Positions 25,625 through 38,554 of a stretch of DNA of 64,000 nucleotides are shown piece by piece. Both the position numbers and the translations under genes were made by a program. Source of the DNA: Felis catus (Eukaryota); contig NC_058368.1 in NCBI RefSeq assembly GCF_018350175.1, positions 112,842,001 to 112,906,000 on the forward strand, given 5' to 3'. The stretch's first letter is position 1. The number at the start of each line of letters is the position of its first letter. The notes beneath the pieces were generated by a model. The model did not search any database. It worked only from the letters and a program-made list of their open reading frames with translations, and was not told the DNA's origin.

Positions 25625-25994
25625 AAAGAAATGCAAGTTAAAAGATATAAGTATTTCCCATATGAGACTGCCAAAGATTAAAAGTAAAGGAAGCTGATAC
25701 AGTATTTCTGTAATTTGGCTATATGTTAATGATAAATAGGTATGTAGATAATTTAAAATGTGCAATTATGTTGATATAACAATTTTTCTTTTAGAAATTT
25801 ATCTTATAAAATAACATTGAATATGTTCGGAAATGTATCCATGCCATTATTTATGTTTGGCAATGCAGAGGGCATGCATTGAATGACACACAAAAAAGTG
25901 GTGAATGTGCCTCTGAGAAGGGGAATGGGCAATACAAGTTTGGAGAGCTGTAGAGAATGTCCATTATATATATTTTTATATCATCTGATTTCTT

Positions 25995-27090
25995 AAAAGT
26001 TTTTATTTTAATTCCAGTTAGTTAAGTAACATCCAGTGTTATACTAGTTCAGGTGTCCAATATGATGATTCACTACTCCCATACATCGTGCGGTTCTCAT
26101 CATTACAAGTGCGCTCCTTAATCCCCATCACCCATTTCACCCATCCCCCCCACCCTCTTCTCTGGTAACCATTAGTTTCTTCTCTAATAGTTAAATTAGT
26201 AGTTAAGTAGTTACATTATTAAATTTTGTGTTTCTTAAATTCCACCTGTGAGTGAAATCCTTTGTTATTTGTCCTTCTCTGACTGACTTACTTTGCTTAG
26301 CGTTACACTCTCCAGCTCCATCCGTATTGTCGCAAAAGGCAAGATTTCATCCTTTCTTAGGTCGGAATTATACATGTATATATGTGCGTGTGTATATGTA
26401 TATATATCAGATCTTCTTTATCCCATTTGTCTATCAATGGACAGGTGCTGTTTCCATATCTTGGCTCTTGTAAATAACGCTACTTATAAACAAAAGGGAG
26501 CATGAATCCCTTTGAATTAGCATTTTTGTATTTTTTGAATAAATACCCATTAGTATGGTCACTGGATCGTAGGGTAGTTCTATTTTTAACTTTTTGAGGA
26601 ACCTTTCTGCTGTTTTCCAGAGTGGCTGCACCAGTTAGCATTTCCACCAACAGAGCAGCAGTGTTCCCTTTTTGCCACATCCTCACCAACATCTGTTTCT
26701 TGTGTTGTTGATTTTAGCCATTCTGACAGGTGTGAGGTGATAGGTCATTGTAGTTTTGATTGCATTTCCCTGATGATGAGTGATGATGAGCATCTTTTCA
26801 TGTGTCTGTTGGCTGTCTGGATGTCTTGTTTGGAGAAATGTCTGTTCATGTCTTCTGCCCATTTTTAAATTGGGTTATTTGTTTTTTGGGTGTTGAGTTG
26901 TATAAGTTCTTTGTATATTTTGGATACTAACCCTTCATTGGCTATGTCATTTGCAAATGTCTTCTCCCATTCTGTAAGTTGCCCTTTAGTTTTGTTGATT
27001 CTTTCCTTCACTGTGCCGATTATTTTGATGTAGTCCCACTAGTTTATTTTTGCTCTTTTTCCCTTGCCTCAGGAGACCTATTTAGAAAAA
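25995..27090 (-). mobile_element. Older carnivore L1, 3' about 1.1 kb
   Basis: ORF 26434-26631 ([19 protein letters not shown]) is the ORF2p C-terminus; antisense 3' UTR starts near 26000. Confidence 0.9.
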
Positions 27091-27111
27091 AAGGTACTTA
27101 TAATTTGATTT

Positions 27112-27388
27112 ATTTTTTATTTTTTTATTATGAAATTTATTGTCAAATTGGTTTCCATACAACACCCAGTGCTCATCCCAACAGGTGCCCTCCTCGATGC
27201 CCATTACACACTTTCCCCTCCCTCCCACCCCCATCAACCCTCAGTTTATTCTCAGTTTTTAAGACTCTCTTATGGTTTGACTCCCTCTCTCTTCCCCCCC
27301 CCCCTTCCTTTCCCCCATGGTCTTCTGTTAAGTTTCTCAGGATCCACATAAGAGTGAAAACATACGGTATCTGTGCAAGTAGTCCAGA
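27112..27388 (-). mobile_element. Truncated young L1, type A
   Basis: tatgaaatttattgtcaaattggtttcc... TSD tataatttgattt at 27099-27111 and 27389-27401. Confidence 0.92.
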
Positions 27389-27429
27389 TATAATTTGATT
27401 TTAAAATCAAGTTCATGTAGTAATTTTCT

Positions 27430-29530
27430 TTATAACAGCTTTGTTAAAGAAATATACTGAACACACCATAAACTCACCCTTTTAAAGTCTATAATTCAGT
27501 GGGTTTTAGTATATTCAAAGCGTTCTGGAACCATCACCATTATCTAATTTTAAATATTTGTATCCTACCAAAAGGAAACCTCATATTCTATGTCTTATAC
27601 CTTTTAAGTTTAGGTTTATAGCTTTGAACCTTCCCCTGGCTTTTGGCAGCATCTAATATACTTTCAATCTCTATTGATTTGCCTTTTCTGGACATTTCAT
27701 ATAAATGGAATCATACAGTATGTGGTCTGGATTCTTTCACTTAGCATGCTTTCAAGGTTTATCCAGGTGTAGAACATATCAGTATTTTAGTATTGCATTC
27801 CTTGTTATGCCTGCATAATATTCCATTGTGTGGACATAGCACATTTTATATACCCATTCATTAGGATGATGGACATTTAGGTTGTTTCTCCTTTTTGGAT
27901 ATAATAAATAATGCTGCTATGAACCTTTATGTATAAGTTTTCCTGTGGACCTATAATTTTATTATTTTGGATATATAACTAAGGAGTGAAATTGCTGGAT
28001 AGTAAAGAAATTGTATGTTTAATCTTTGAAGAACTTCCAGGTTATTTTCCAAAATGTCCGTACCATTTTACATTCCCATCAAAGAAGTATGAGAATTCTT
28101 CCAATCCCTCCCAACGTTTGATATTATCTGGCTTTTTGATGCAGCTGTATTAGTGGGGGTGAAGTGGTACCTCACTGTGATCTTGAATTGCATTTCCTTG
28201 GTGGCTAATGATGTTGAGCATCTTTCATGTACTTATTGATCATTTGTATATTGTCTTTGGTAAAATGTTTTAGATCTTTTGCCCATTTTTAAATTGGGTT
28301 ATTTCTTTTTTTTTTTTTACTGTTGGGCTGTACGAGTTCTTTATATACCCTGAAAACCAGCCCCTTATCAGATATTTGATTTGAAAATATTTTTTCCCAT
28401 TCTGTGTCTTATATTTTCATTTTCTGGTAGTGTCCTTTGAAGAATAAAAGTTTTTAATTTTGATGAAGTCCAGTTTATCTATTTTTTCTTTTGTTGCTTG
28501 TGATTTTGATGTCATATCTAAAAGACTTGGCTTAGATTTACTAATATATTTTCTTCTAAGATTTTTAGTTTTACACTTACGTCATCATATTTTGAGATAT
28601 TTTTTAAGTTTTTTTTTCAGTTTTATTGCTTATTTTGAGAGAGTGAAAGAGCACATGTGTGCGAGGGGGAGAGGGACAGAGGGAGAGAGAGGGAGAGAGA
28701 ATCCCAAGCAGGCCCCACACTTTCAACATAGAGCCCGATGTGGGCTCGAACTCAAAAATTGTGAGATCATGACCTGAGCCGAAATAAGAGTCAGACACTT
28801 AACTGACTGAGCCACCCAGGTGCCCCTTTCATCCTATTTGGAATTAATTTTTGTATGCAGTATGAAGAAGTGGTCGATTTTTTTTCTGTTGCATATGTAT
28901 ATCCAGTTATTCTAGTACTGGTTGTTGAAACACTTGTTGTTTCCCCTATTTAGTTATCAGGGCAACCTTGTAAAAAGCAAATAAACAACCATAACTCATA
29001 AGGGTTTATTTCTGGATTCTTAATTCTATTTCATTATGTATTTATCCTATGACAATATCACATTCTCTTGATTATTGTAAGCTAGTTTTAAAATAGGACA
29101 GTCTGAATTCTCCAACTGCAGTTTTTAAAAAATTGTAGCTATTTGGTGTCACTTGTTTTTTCCTGTGAATTTTAGGATAATGTTGTTAGTTTCAGCAAAA
29201 ATGCCAACTGAGATTTTGATAGGGATTACAATGAATCTGAAAATCAGTTTGGGGAGTATTGCCACGTTACCAATATTAAATTTTCTAGTCCATGATCATG
29301 GGATGTCTTTCCATGTATTTCTATCTTTTTAACTTATTTTATCAATGTTTTGTAGTTTTCAGTTTATACTTTCGTTAAATTTATTTCTAAAATATTTATT
29401 TTTTGATGTTGTAAATGAAATTATGTTCATAATTTCACTTTTGCAGTGTTCATTGCTTGTGTAGGGAAAGACCGTTGATTTTTGTATACTGGTATTGTAA
29501 CTTGCAACTTTGCTGAACTTATTTACTCAC
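27430..29530 (-). mobile_element. Old L1 (L1MA/MB-like), about 2 kb, interrupted by a SINE
   Basis: ggacatttcatataaatggaatcatac, gatgttgagcatctt, cttgcaactttgctgaactt run in collinear antisense ORF2/3'-UTR order. Confidence 0.85.
28600..28826 (-). mobile_element. CanSINE
   Basis: gagatcatgacctgagccgaaa..gccacccaggtgcccc. Confidence 0.93.
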
Positions 29531-29660
29531 TTGGTTCTCCTTCCTGCAGATGGCAGATTGTAGGACTTCTAGGCCTCGATAATCACGTGAATCGATTCCT
29601 GTAATAAATCTCTCCACATATGTCTATATGTTCAATTGCTATGTTTCTCTGGAGAATTCT
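29530..29660 (+). mobile_element. ERVL LTR 3' fragment (MLT2-like)
   Basis: tgcagatggcagattgtaggacttct..ataatcacgtga..taataaatctct..tgtttctctggagaa. Confidence 0.7.
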
Positions 29661-30035
29661 GGAAATTAACCAAAGACTTGGAACAATACAGCGAGGGTCT
29701 ATTTAAGCAATATGGCTGAATATTGGTAAGAACAGATCATTTTGTAGAGTTTTACCTAGCAACACTTTCCATCCCTCTCTCCTGATATCTACGGTAAGCT
29801 TGAAAACCAGCAGCCTCACAATTAGTCATGCTGGAAAAGCCAGCAACCTAACAGCCACTGGAGGGGCAAAATGATTCAGAGCTCTCCAAAAAGCCCCATC
29901 TCCTGAGATTGTCATTATTTGACTTATGTGGCAGCTCCTCGGAAAACCTCCTGTCACAGCATTCGTCTTTATTTGGTCTGACTCAGAATTTGCTCAATAG
30001 GAGTAGTCCTATCCCCAAGGTATTTATTGACATTC
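29659..30035 (+). mobile_element. Old L1M 5'-region fragment
   Basis: ctggaaattaaccaaag..tggctgaatattggtaagaacag..cagccactggaggggca..ttgtcattatttgac resembles recalled L1M 5' consensus sequences. Confidence 0.55.
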
Positions 30036-30160
30036 CAGAGGTGTTTCTCTAAATGTGTTACTTTTGCGGTAGAAAAGGTCCTTTTTAAAATGTTTGTACA
30101 GCATAATTAAGAGTTATTTATAATGGCGATCAGCAATTAAATGATTAAAAACTGTCTCAA

Positions 30161-30326
30161 GGGACACCTGGGTGGCTCAGTTGGTTAAGTGTCCGACTTT
30201 AGCTTATGTCATGACCTTGCCATTTGTGAGTTCAAGCCCCATGTTGGCCTTTGTGCTGGCATCTCGGAGCCTGGAGCCTGCTTCGGATTCTCTGTCTCCC
30301 TCTCTCTGCCCCTCTCCCACTTGCTC

Positions 30327-30361
<35 letters not shown>

Positions 30362-30388
30362 GTCAAAAATAAATAACATTAAAAAATT
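30161..30388 (+). mobile_element. CanSINE
   Basis: cctgggtggctcagttggttaag head, (CT)n, aaataaataacattaaaa. Confidence 0.95.
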
Positions 30389-33300
30389 TAAAAATTGTTT
30401 TAAAAGGAATGATATATTAGCAGCATTTAGAACAAGCATTTATTTGTGTGTGTGTATAGTGTGTGTGTATAATGTTAAATAATAATAGGTAATAACTTTA
30501 CATATGTCTATATAAGTGACAGAGAAACATATCCCAAAATTTTAATAATGGCTGTTTGGGAGAGAGGTGTAATCCATAAATGTGGAACTGTGATGTAAAC
30601 CTTAATATTTAATTAAAATACGATGAATATATCTAAGATAATTTTACTTCCCAATTCAAAGAATACAGTCTTCTCATACCAGTTAAAAAAAATAAATGTG
30701 TTATTAACTTGCCAGCTATCTGTAATCCATAAATGGATTCAGATCACTGTTTGACTGGAATTACTTTGGAAACCTGAGTCAGAGAGAAGGAAAAATAAAG
30801 ATATTGTCTCTTGACTATTAGGTAAGCATGCCACTTCCTTAGTTGTATTTAGTTGGGTTCAAGAGGCACTAATACCAATTGTCAGAATTACTTTTGCTTT
30901 TAGAATCTGCACAGATCCCTGAGAATATGTAATTTCTCCATCGCTTAGCAACTGTTCCATTATTTTCAGGAACTTGTTAAATGAATGAATGCATTTTGAT
31001 GACAAGACAGCTTTATTCATGCCATGCTCTGGGCCACCATGTAATAATAAGAGATAACAAAATGAAATATTGCAAAGATCACGTCCCTAGTCGCTTCTGC
31101 CCACAAAACCAGAAGAGCTAGGTTGAAAAGAAACTTTTTAAACAAACAGACTTCAGAAGCTAATAGAAAAAGCGTGTTGATTCTGAAATAATTATGTTGT
31201 TTACACACACTCACGTTTTCTCTTTATCATTTGTTGAAGGACGACCTTTCATGAAAAAAATACAAACAGACTTTCTATGTGGACATCAGTCTTTGACAGT
31301 TTCAAAATCTCTGAATCGGCTCTGGTTTCCCTTATACTAATGCATATTATAAACTCAGACCTATGTTGGGAGGTAACTGATAATCAAGGTTTCCGGAATG
31401 AACAGCTCAAAGTTTCTTCCCCGAAAGGTTGCACCCTGGAATGACACATCCTACAGTTCTAGTTCCTTTGTAAGAAGCAATGTGTGTGTTAATACCCTTT
31501 AAATGCAAATAACTGTTCTAAATAATTATGGCTTAATATATTTAGTTTGGTTTTAACTCTGATAGAGCTCAAGGTGAAATTTTGGTGCCTAAATTTCAAT
31601 TACACATTTACTTGTCTGGAAAATTTTTATTTTTTCCTAAGCATGTTTAAGGAAACCTATACACACGCAGATAGTGAATAACTTGGCAACAAATGTGAAA
31701 TGTCAAAAATATACTAGGTTATATAGGATTATGTCACCTAAAATATATACCAGTGAATAATGAGATTTTGAGAACTAAATATATTCTTAGGCTCAAAGTC
31801 AAGGAGCAGGGGCAGGACTCTAGGCTCTTCTCTTCAGCCCAGGGAAACTTCAGTACTTACCCAACACAGAACCAACACTGGAAGTCACCATTTCTACTAC
31901 CGATTCATGCTATTCCAACTCAATGCCTCCCTCTTCCTGCCAGAAACTTTAAGCTCACTAACCAGGGTTAAAATTAATTTTGCGGGTTTTTAAAAGTAAA
32001 ACTATGCTGTAAAAGTGTAAATAATAGAAAAGTACATGGATTAAAACTTAATATTTCTCTTTGAATCCTCATATATGAAATTTCTATGTGTATGTATAAT
32101 CCTCCTCTTGGTACTTCAGCAAATAACAAAAATAGACTTTAAGTCGGTGACTCAATTCAATGTAACCATTAAGATCTACACCTTGTGTCTGTAAGCATCA
32201 CCATTTGGGAAGAAGTTAAGGCAAGCTACAGGGGCGGGGGGCGTACAGGTATATGTGCAATCGCTTTTGTCTTCCGTGAGCTCATAGGCTGTTTTAGGAG
32301 ATGAAGCATGGATGGGATCACAATAATTTCCAGATGTGTAGTTTGAGAAGTTACATGATTCAGAGAAAAGCAAGTCTATTAATGAATGCTTCATGAAGAA
32401 AGTCGAATTTTAGGTGGATGTTGAAAGAAGGGTAGGACTTAGAGAAACAAGGGGAAGAAAGAAAAGTTGGGATTAATTTCAATTGGCACACCACATTCTT
32501 CCCAAAAGGATTGTGATGCGGCTGATAATAAGACAAACTACTCACACTTTCTGTGCCTTACTTAGTTTTCTCCTTGGTAAAATGAGATAATAGAAATAGA
32601 ACCAACTTCATGGAGTTATTGTGAAGAGCAAGTCAATTTCTATATCCACATAGCTTAGAACAAGTACCTGAAGACAGTAAAGGTTCAGTCAATGATTGCT
32701 ACCTGTGCTTCTATTACATGGGTCTCACAGCACATGGCAAAAGTTTCATTCATTCCTGTTCCTCACCTAGGATAACTATGAGACTGAATTTCGTTTGGGT
32801 AGGCATGTGAGGATGAAGGTGATTGCTAACAGAGGGAAAGAGTGAAAATTACAGTCAAGGCAGCCAACTATTTCTCAGAGCCTGAGGCAGGGATTTTTAA
32901 CTACCACTTAACTTTGTTCTGTTATGGAGCTTGGAACTCAAATAATCCTTAACGAGTCCTGATTTCTCGTAGTTTAAAAGCCATGTCTTTTAGAATTTAG
33001 AGTTTGGGGTCATTCCAATTGAATATGCTGATAAGCCTTTTTAGAGTTTTAAAGCACCTGAAGAGAAGCTGGGTTCAGACCCCCGGTGCCCCCGGGGCCT
33101 GTGACACCTGAGCTGGTCGTCTGTTGGGACTTCACCCAGTCCCTCCTCCCCCTTCATCCCCATCCCTGGCTCTGTCTCAGTGTCCTTCCTAGTATCATGG
33201 TTGCCTCGTTTCTCATTCTGACAAGCCTTTATTCGGATATGTTAATTAAGAGCATAAACTTTGCTGTTCCCATTTTCCTATCGCAGAAGCACCCTTGAGT

Positions 33301-33604
33301 CAAGGGTGACCTAAAAAGCTCACGATTACTTCTACAAGAGCGTACCAGAAAAATCAATCATCTCCTTCTAAGAGAAATGTACTTGAGTACGGTCACCTAT
33401 AATGTGAGCAAGGAAACGTTTCTTTAACCAGAAAAACACTAATGATTAAAAGCGGTGGGAGTGGGAGAACTTCTGATCAGTACAGAGGGTGGAAGTGAGT
33501 CCAGAGGTAGCAGGTTCTGTCGATAAAATCTGTCCTAAAACAGGCTGCTTACCAAGATATTGTAGCCTCAGTTTGAAAGCAAAAGTTGCATTGTTTGATG
33601 TGAA

Positions 33605-33695
33605 TTTTTCTTTCCTTTTCTTTTCTTTTCTTTTCTTTTCTTTTCTTTTCTTTTCTTTTCTTTTCTTTTTTCTTTTCTTTTTTTTTTCCTTTTTG
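33605..33695. repeat. (TTTTC)n microsatellite
   Basis: Direct reading. Confidence 0.95.
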
Positions 33696-33739
33696 CCTTT
33701 ACCTCCCTTAAGCCTGTTTTTAAGCCATTTCTACTGTAG

Positions 33740-34360
33740 GATCCATAGACATACCAAAAATTAATATAAAAGAAATTACCTGTGTCTTCTCAAGCAAATA
33801 TGCCAGAACTTTGCAGCACCCCCGAAGCCTCTTACGGCCTCCACTCATGATGGCCACTTTCCACCCCCTCTCCACTTTTCTGACTTTTATGGCAATCACT
33901 TCCTTGCTTTACTTCATAATTTTATCCCCTAAGTATGACTCTCTAAATACTATGGTTTACTTCTGTGTTTGACATTAAAATAAATTGAATTGCACAACAT
34001 GTGTTCTTTGCGTCTGGCTTCCTGACCTCCGCATTCATCCATGTTGTTGCGTGTAACTGGGTTGATTACTCATTGCTGTACGGCGTTCCATTGTGTGAAT
34101 ATATCCCAATTAGGTAGCCCTATTCCTGTTGATAGATTTTTGGATTATTTGCAGTTTAGGGCTAACACAAACAATGCTGCTGTGAGCATTCTTGTACATT
34201 TCTTCTGTGCGCACGTGCACACATCTTTTGTGGGCATATTCCTAGAGGAGAAATGCTGGATCACAGAACATGCAAACCTTCCACTTCAGTAAATAATACC
34301 AGTGGTTTTCCAAAGTGGTTGTCCTGATTTACACTTTCACCCACAGTATTGGACAGTTTT
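33740..34360 (-). mobile_element. Ancient L1 (L1ME-like)
   Basis: ttccattgtgtgaatata..aatgctgctgtgagcattcttgtacat..ttttccaaagtggttgt. Confidence 0.7.
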
Positions 34361-34499
34361 CCTCTTTGCTTTTCAGAGAGGAAAGAAGGCTTTTCGGTAT
34401 GCTAACGTATACTTCTCTACATGAAATCCATACATTTGGCCATTGCAAAAACAGAGTGAATTTCAGGGTGAGGCTAAGTTCCTACGGATAGTCTGAATG

Positions 34500-34715
34500 G
34501 TGTGCTCAATAAGTGCTCTTGCTCCGGAGTGTGACAAACGTGAGTTCAAATCTTGGCTCTGCCACGTTTTTGCAGTTATATTGGGCCAGGTAGTTAGCAT
34601 TTTAAATTGTTTTCTTATCTGCAAAAGGGATGAACATGGTATGTAATTCATAGGATTGTGTCGATTTAATGAGATAACACGTTTGAAGTGTCTGGTATAT
34701 TGTCTGGATATGACT
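34500..34715 (+). mobile_element. MIR
   Basis: gagttcaaatcttggctctgccac..ttttcttatctgcaaaaggga..taatgagataa. Confidence 0.75.
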
Positions 34716-36499
34716 GTTGTTCTTACGTTACGACTACAACTGCTACTCCTACTCTTACTATTGCTTGCATTCAGGACTTTTCTTCTAATCATAGTAGTGA
34801 GAAAGATTAGGATGCAGAAAGTTAGACTTGACCATCTGTAGATGTATATATTCCTGTAACATCCAGCACCAGGAAATAGACTCAGAAAAGGAGAATCGAG
34901 GAGATGTTTATAAGCCAGGGCTCAGTTTGCTTGAGTGGCATCAGCCGGATTTGTCGGGAGATGACCTCCCAGATTACCCTGAACATTCTACATTTTTTTG
35001 GCATCTCAGAGACAAAATAGTTGGAACTTTTAGCTCTCCAGTACCTGGCTAAGGAGCCCAAGTGCTCTGCTGCCCTCGTTCCAGGCACAGCCACCTGGCA
35101 TGCTCCTGACTTACAAGACCACAGCTGTGGGAGCAGCACGGCAGCCACATCCAGTTGGGCGTCTGTTCATTACCACTCTGGGCTGCAGCTGCCAGGAGCC
35201 GCTCCCAGAGCAAGGTGCTGGCCGGCAGCCAGCGATGCTAAGAAACAGGAGTCACTGAGTCCACGACACGGGGTGGAAATTATTGTAAAATATCCTACAG
35301 TGAGTGAGCAGGAAGGCTGCCAGTGCAATTCTTCGCTGAGGTTGACTGATCCCACAGCAGCTTCTCCCCAGCACTGGCTTCTTTGTCTGCTCTTCTATGA
35401 AGATGCCCAGGAGGCATCATGGAGATTTTGTATTCGCAGGGCTCTGACAGTCCTCTGTGTGAAAGTCTCCTTAGGGTTCCGTGATGCATGGCCTGGATTG
35501 GAGCTCCTCAGTGGAGGATGGATGTGACTCCTGTATGGGTCAGGGTCAGAGGTGGAACATGTTCTTGGTCTGAAGGGAGATGTCCAGTTGTGATCTTGAC
35601 GGGGGAAGGAGATTCGGCGTGGGTTATGGGATCTGGGGACCAATGAGGTGGATCTAGTTATTTAATGACGTCATTGACCTCCTGAGGTCAAGCTCCCACT
35701 CCTGACTTCTGTGTTTCAGAGCAGCGATGGGGCAGGAAGGACTCTAAAAGCCGGGAGATCGGGAACTTGAGTCTTGGTTAGCCCAAAATTGGAGGGAGAA
35801 TACAAATGTGTGCACCACACACGTGCACGCCCACATACATGCACACACTCAGTGACTCCAAATAAGCCAAATGGGGTCTCGTGTTAGAGAGTCTATTCTA
35901 ACAAATCTTGAAATCACTCGAGGCTACTCATTCTTTCCATGCCACATATCAGATTTTTCCGCTCTCATCACTTGCCTCTTTGAAATGTTCCCCTCCTGTA
36001 TCTCACCTTCTTCTTACTTTAAATCTTGCTACCTTTATTCCTTTCTTATTGCAAAGATTTCCCACTTCAACTAGTCCTTCATAGACCCGTCAATGTTAAC
36101 AAAACAGTTCTTTCATCATTTAAGGATGAAAGGCTCGAAAAGGTTGGCATTGACCTGTGCAAAATTCCTCAGCCTGGAATTTAAGGTCCCCTACAGTCCA
36201 CGAATTTTTGTTCTCATTTCCCACTATTTCTCAACGAGTCCTCTGTTTCAGTCAGACTAGTCGAGTCGTTGTCCCTGTAACAAGCTATACACTGTCTTTC
36301 CATGACTAACCCTCTAATGCCATTCTCTTTCTTACCCTCTTCAGTCAAGCTCAGTATTGCCCAAGTGTGCTTTGTGTATCTCCTAGTGTCAACAAAATTA
36401 GGTGGTAGCTCAAACTTTAAAAGAATTTAATATGTAAATCTTGAATAAATATGTGTTAGGGAATAAAATTATCACATCACACCCATGACTTCATGGATA

Positions 36500-37000
36500 T
36501 CATTGTCCAGGGTGGGCTAGAGCAGATAATGCCACCACAGTGTCCCCAGACTGCATATTTACAGGTAATTCACATTATCAGTATATAAACGGAGTAGTCA
36601 CACACTCTTGGCCAGACTGGTTCAGGAAGGGACACGTGGTTCCGTTCAGTCCAGTGAGAAGAGGTCTGCCAGGGACTTAAAGAAATGTCCTTTAATCTGA
36701 AGAGCCAGCCGACAGAAATGCAGCCTCCTCTCTCTCCCTCTTTCTCTCTCTTTCCCTCTCCCGACGTAGAGGCTGCACATAAAAAGACTGGAACTTCCAT
36801 AATTTCTTGGGTACCATAAGGGAAGGCACCTGAGGACAAAGTCTCCATTGAGGACAAAATTGAGAGCAGTTCAGCAAGGTCTGTATTAAACATTTAACCA
36901 ATTCCACATGGACTTACCATGAATTTCCATACCATTTAAGCCAGTTTGAGTTGGTGTCTTTGCCACTTCAGTCCACAACATCCTGACCGATTCAGTACCT
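36500..37000 (-). mobile_element. MaLR LTR remnant (MLT1J/K-like)
   Basis: ttaagccagtttgagttggtgtctttgccactt..catcctgaccgattca resembles an MLT1 terminus; orientation not certain. Confidence 0.45.
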
Positions 37001-37490
37001 ATGATACAGATTGCTAATGCATCTCCATGCTTCCTCAGATTTTGTGTCTTGCTGGTCATAGTAGAAAAATGGCAGTAATGGTAACAACTGGCATAACTAG
37101 ATAGTATGGCTCATATTCAGAGTCAGGGGCTCTGGAACCTTTGGCAGCATCAGCTCTACAGAGCTGAGGGGTCAGCCTCTTGGGAACTTGGAATCCATTT
37201 GCGGTGAGTGTAACAGTCCAGGATTTTTTGTAGATGATCCATGTCTATGGTTCCATCTTGACAGAACTACATGGAGATTTCATTTCTAGAAGCTGTCATT
37301 CATTTAGCAAGTGAAAAATGATGTCGGAGTTAGGATTTTGCTCTTTGTTTTTCTCTTGTGTTGGACCTATTAGCGGTGATTAAAAATCGAAACTTTACAG
37401 TGTCAGGGTGAGCCGGTGTTGAGCCTGTAAGTACTAGCGATGGCTGGTATTTGAATGGTTGCACTGGAAGTTAAATCTACTGATGACTGT

Positions 37491-37713
37491 GGGGCGCCTA
37501 GGTGGCTCAGTCGGTTAAGCGTCTGACTTCAGCTCAGGTCATGATCTCACAGTCAATGAGTTTGAGCCCCGCATCGGGTTCTGTGCTGGCAGCTCGGAGC
37601 CTGGAGCCTGCTTCAGATTCTGTGTCTCCCTCTCTCTGCCCCTCCCCTGCTCATGCTCTGTCTCCCTCTGTCTCAAAAATAAATAAAAACATTTAAAAAA
37701 TTCGTTAAAAAAA
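37491..37713 (+). mobile_element. CanSINE
   Basis: TSD ctactgatgactgt / ctactgacgactgt. Confidence 0.96.
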
Positions 37714-37818
37714 CTACTGACGACTGTGCTCAGGCAAGCCCTGTGGAAAGGCGGATACACACTAACACAACTTCTGTTTTGTTCTGAAGTTCCTGGACTT
37801 TCAGATAGAAAGATCTTT

Positions 37819-38034
37819 GGGGCGCCTGGGTGGCGCAGTCAGTTAAGCGTCCGACTTCAGCCAGGTCACGATCTCGCGGTCCGGGAGTTCGAGCCCCGTG
37901 TCGGGCTCTGGGCTGATGGCTCAGAGCCTGGAGCCTGTTTCTGATTCTGTGTCTCCCTCTCTCTCTCTGCCCCTCCCCCGTTCATGCTCTGTCTCTCTCT
38001 GTCCCAAAAATAAATAAACGTTGAAAAAAAAATT
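37819..38034 (+). mobile_element. Young felid CanSINE
   Basis: TSD tagaaagatctt at 37806-37817 and 38035-38046. Confidence 0.97.
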
Positions 38035-38322
38035 TAGAAAGATCTTCAACGTGCATTACAAATCAAATATCCTCACCCACAGCATGGCACTCTTTCACAG
38101 TCAATCCACCTCCATAAAATAATGAAAATATGCATGTTTTAGGCAAGCCATAAAAGTTTCATTCACATAACAGGTGCTGGTGAGAAAGAAAATGAAGAAG
38201 TGGTAAGGCACACATGAGCAAAATGTATCATCTTTTCAGCTCCACAGATAACCTGCTGGCTGGGAATTAGTTTAGCATTCCTGGGCAATAGAAAAAAGAA
38301 ACCACATTTATCACATTATTTA

Positions 38323-38542
38323 TTTTTATTATTTTTTTTAATGTTTATTTATTTTTGGGAGAAAGGTACAGAGCATGAGCAGGGGAGGGGCAGAGAGAGA
38401 GAGGGAGACAGAGTCTGATTTGGGAGCTCCAGGCTCCGAGCTATCAGTACAGAGCCCAATGCAGGGCTCAAACTCATAAACCATGAGATCATGACCTGAG
38501 CCAAAGTCAGATGCTCAATGGACTGAGCCACCCAGGCACCCC
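38323..38542 (-). mobile_element. CanSINE
   Basis: TSD tatcacattattta / tatcaaattattta. Confidence 0.95.
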
Positions 38543-38554
38543 TATCAAATTATT

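Noticed and set aside
35021..35527. 168-aa ORF
   Set aside because: Non-ATG start, no recognisable domain, composition typical of a chance ORF.
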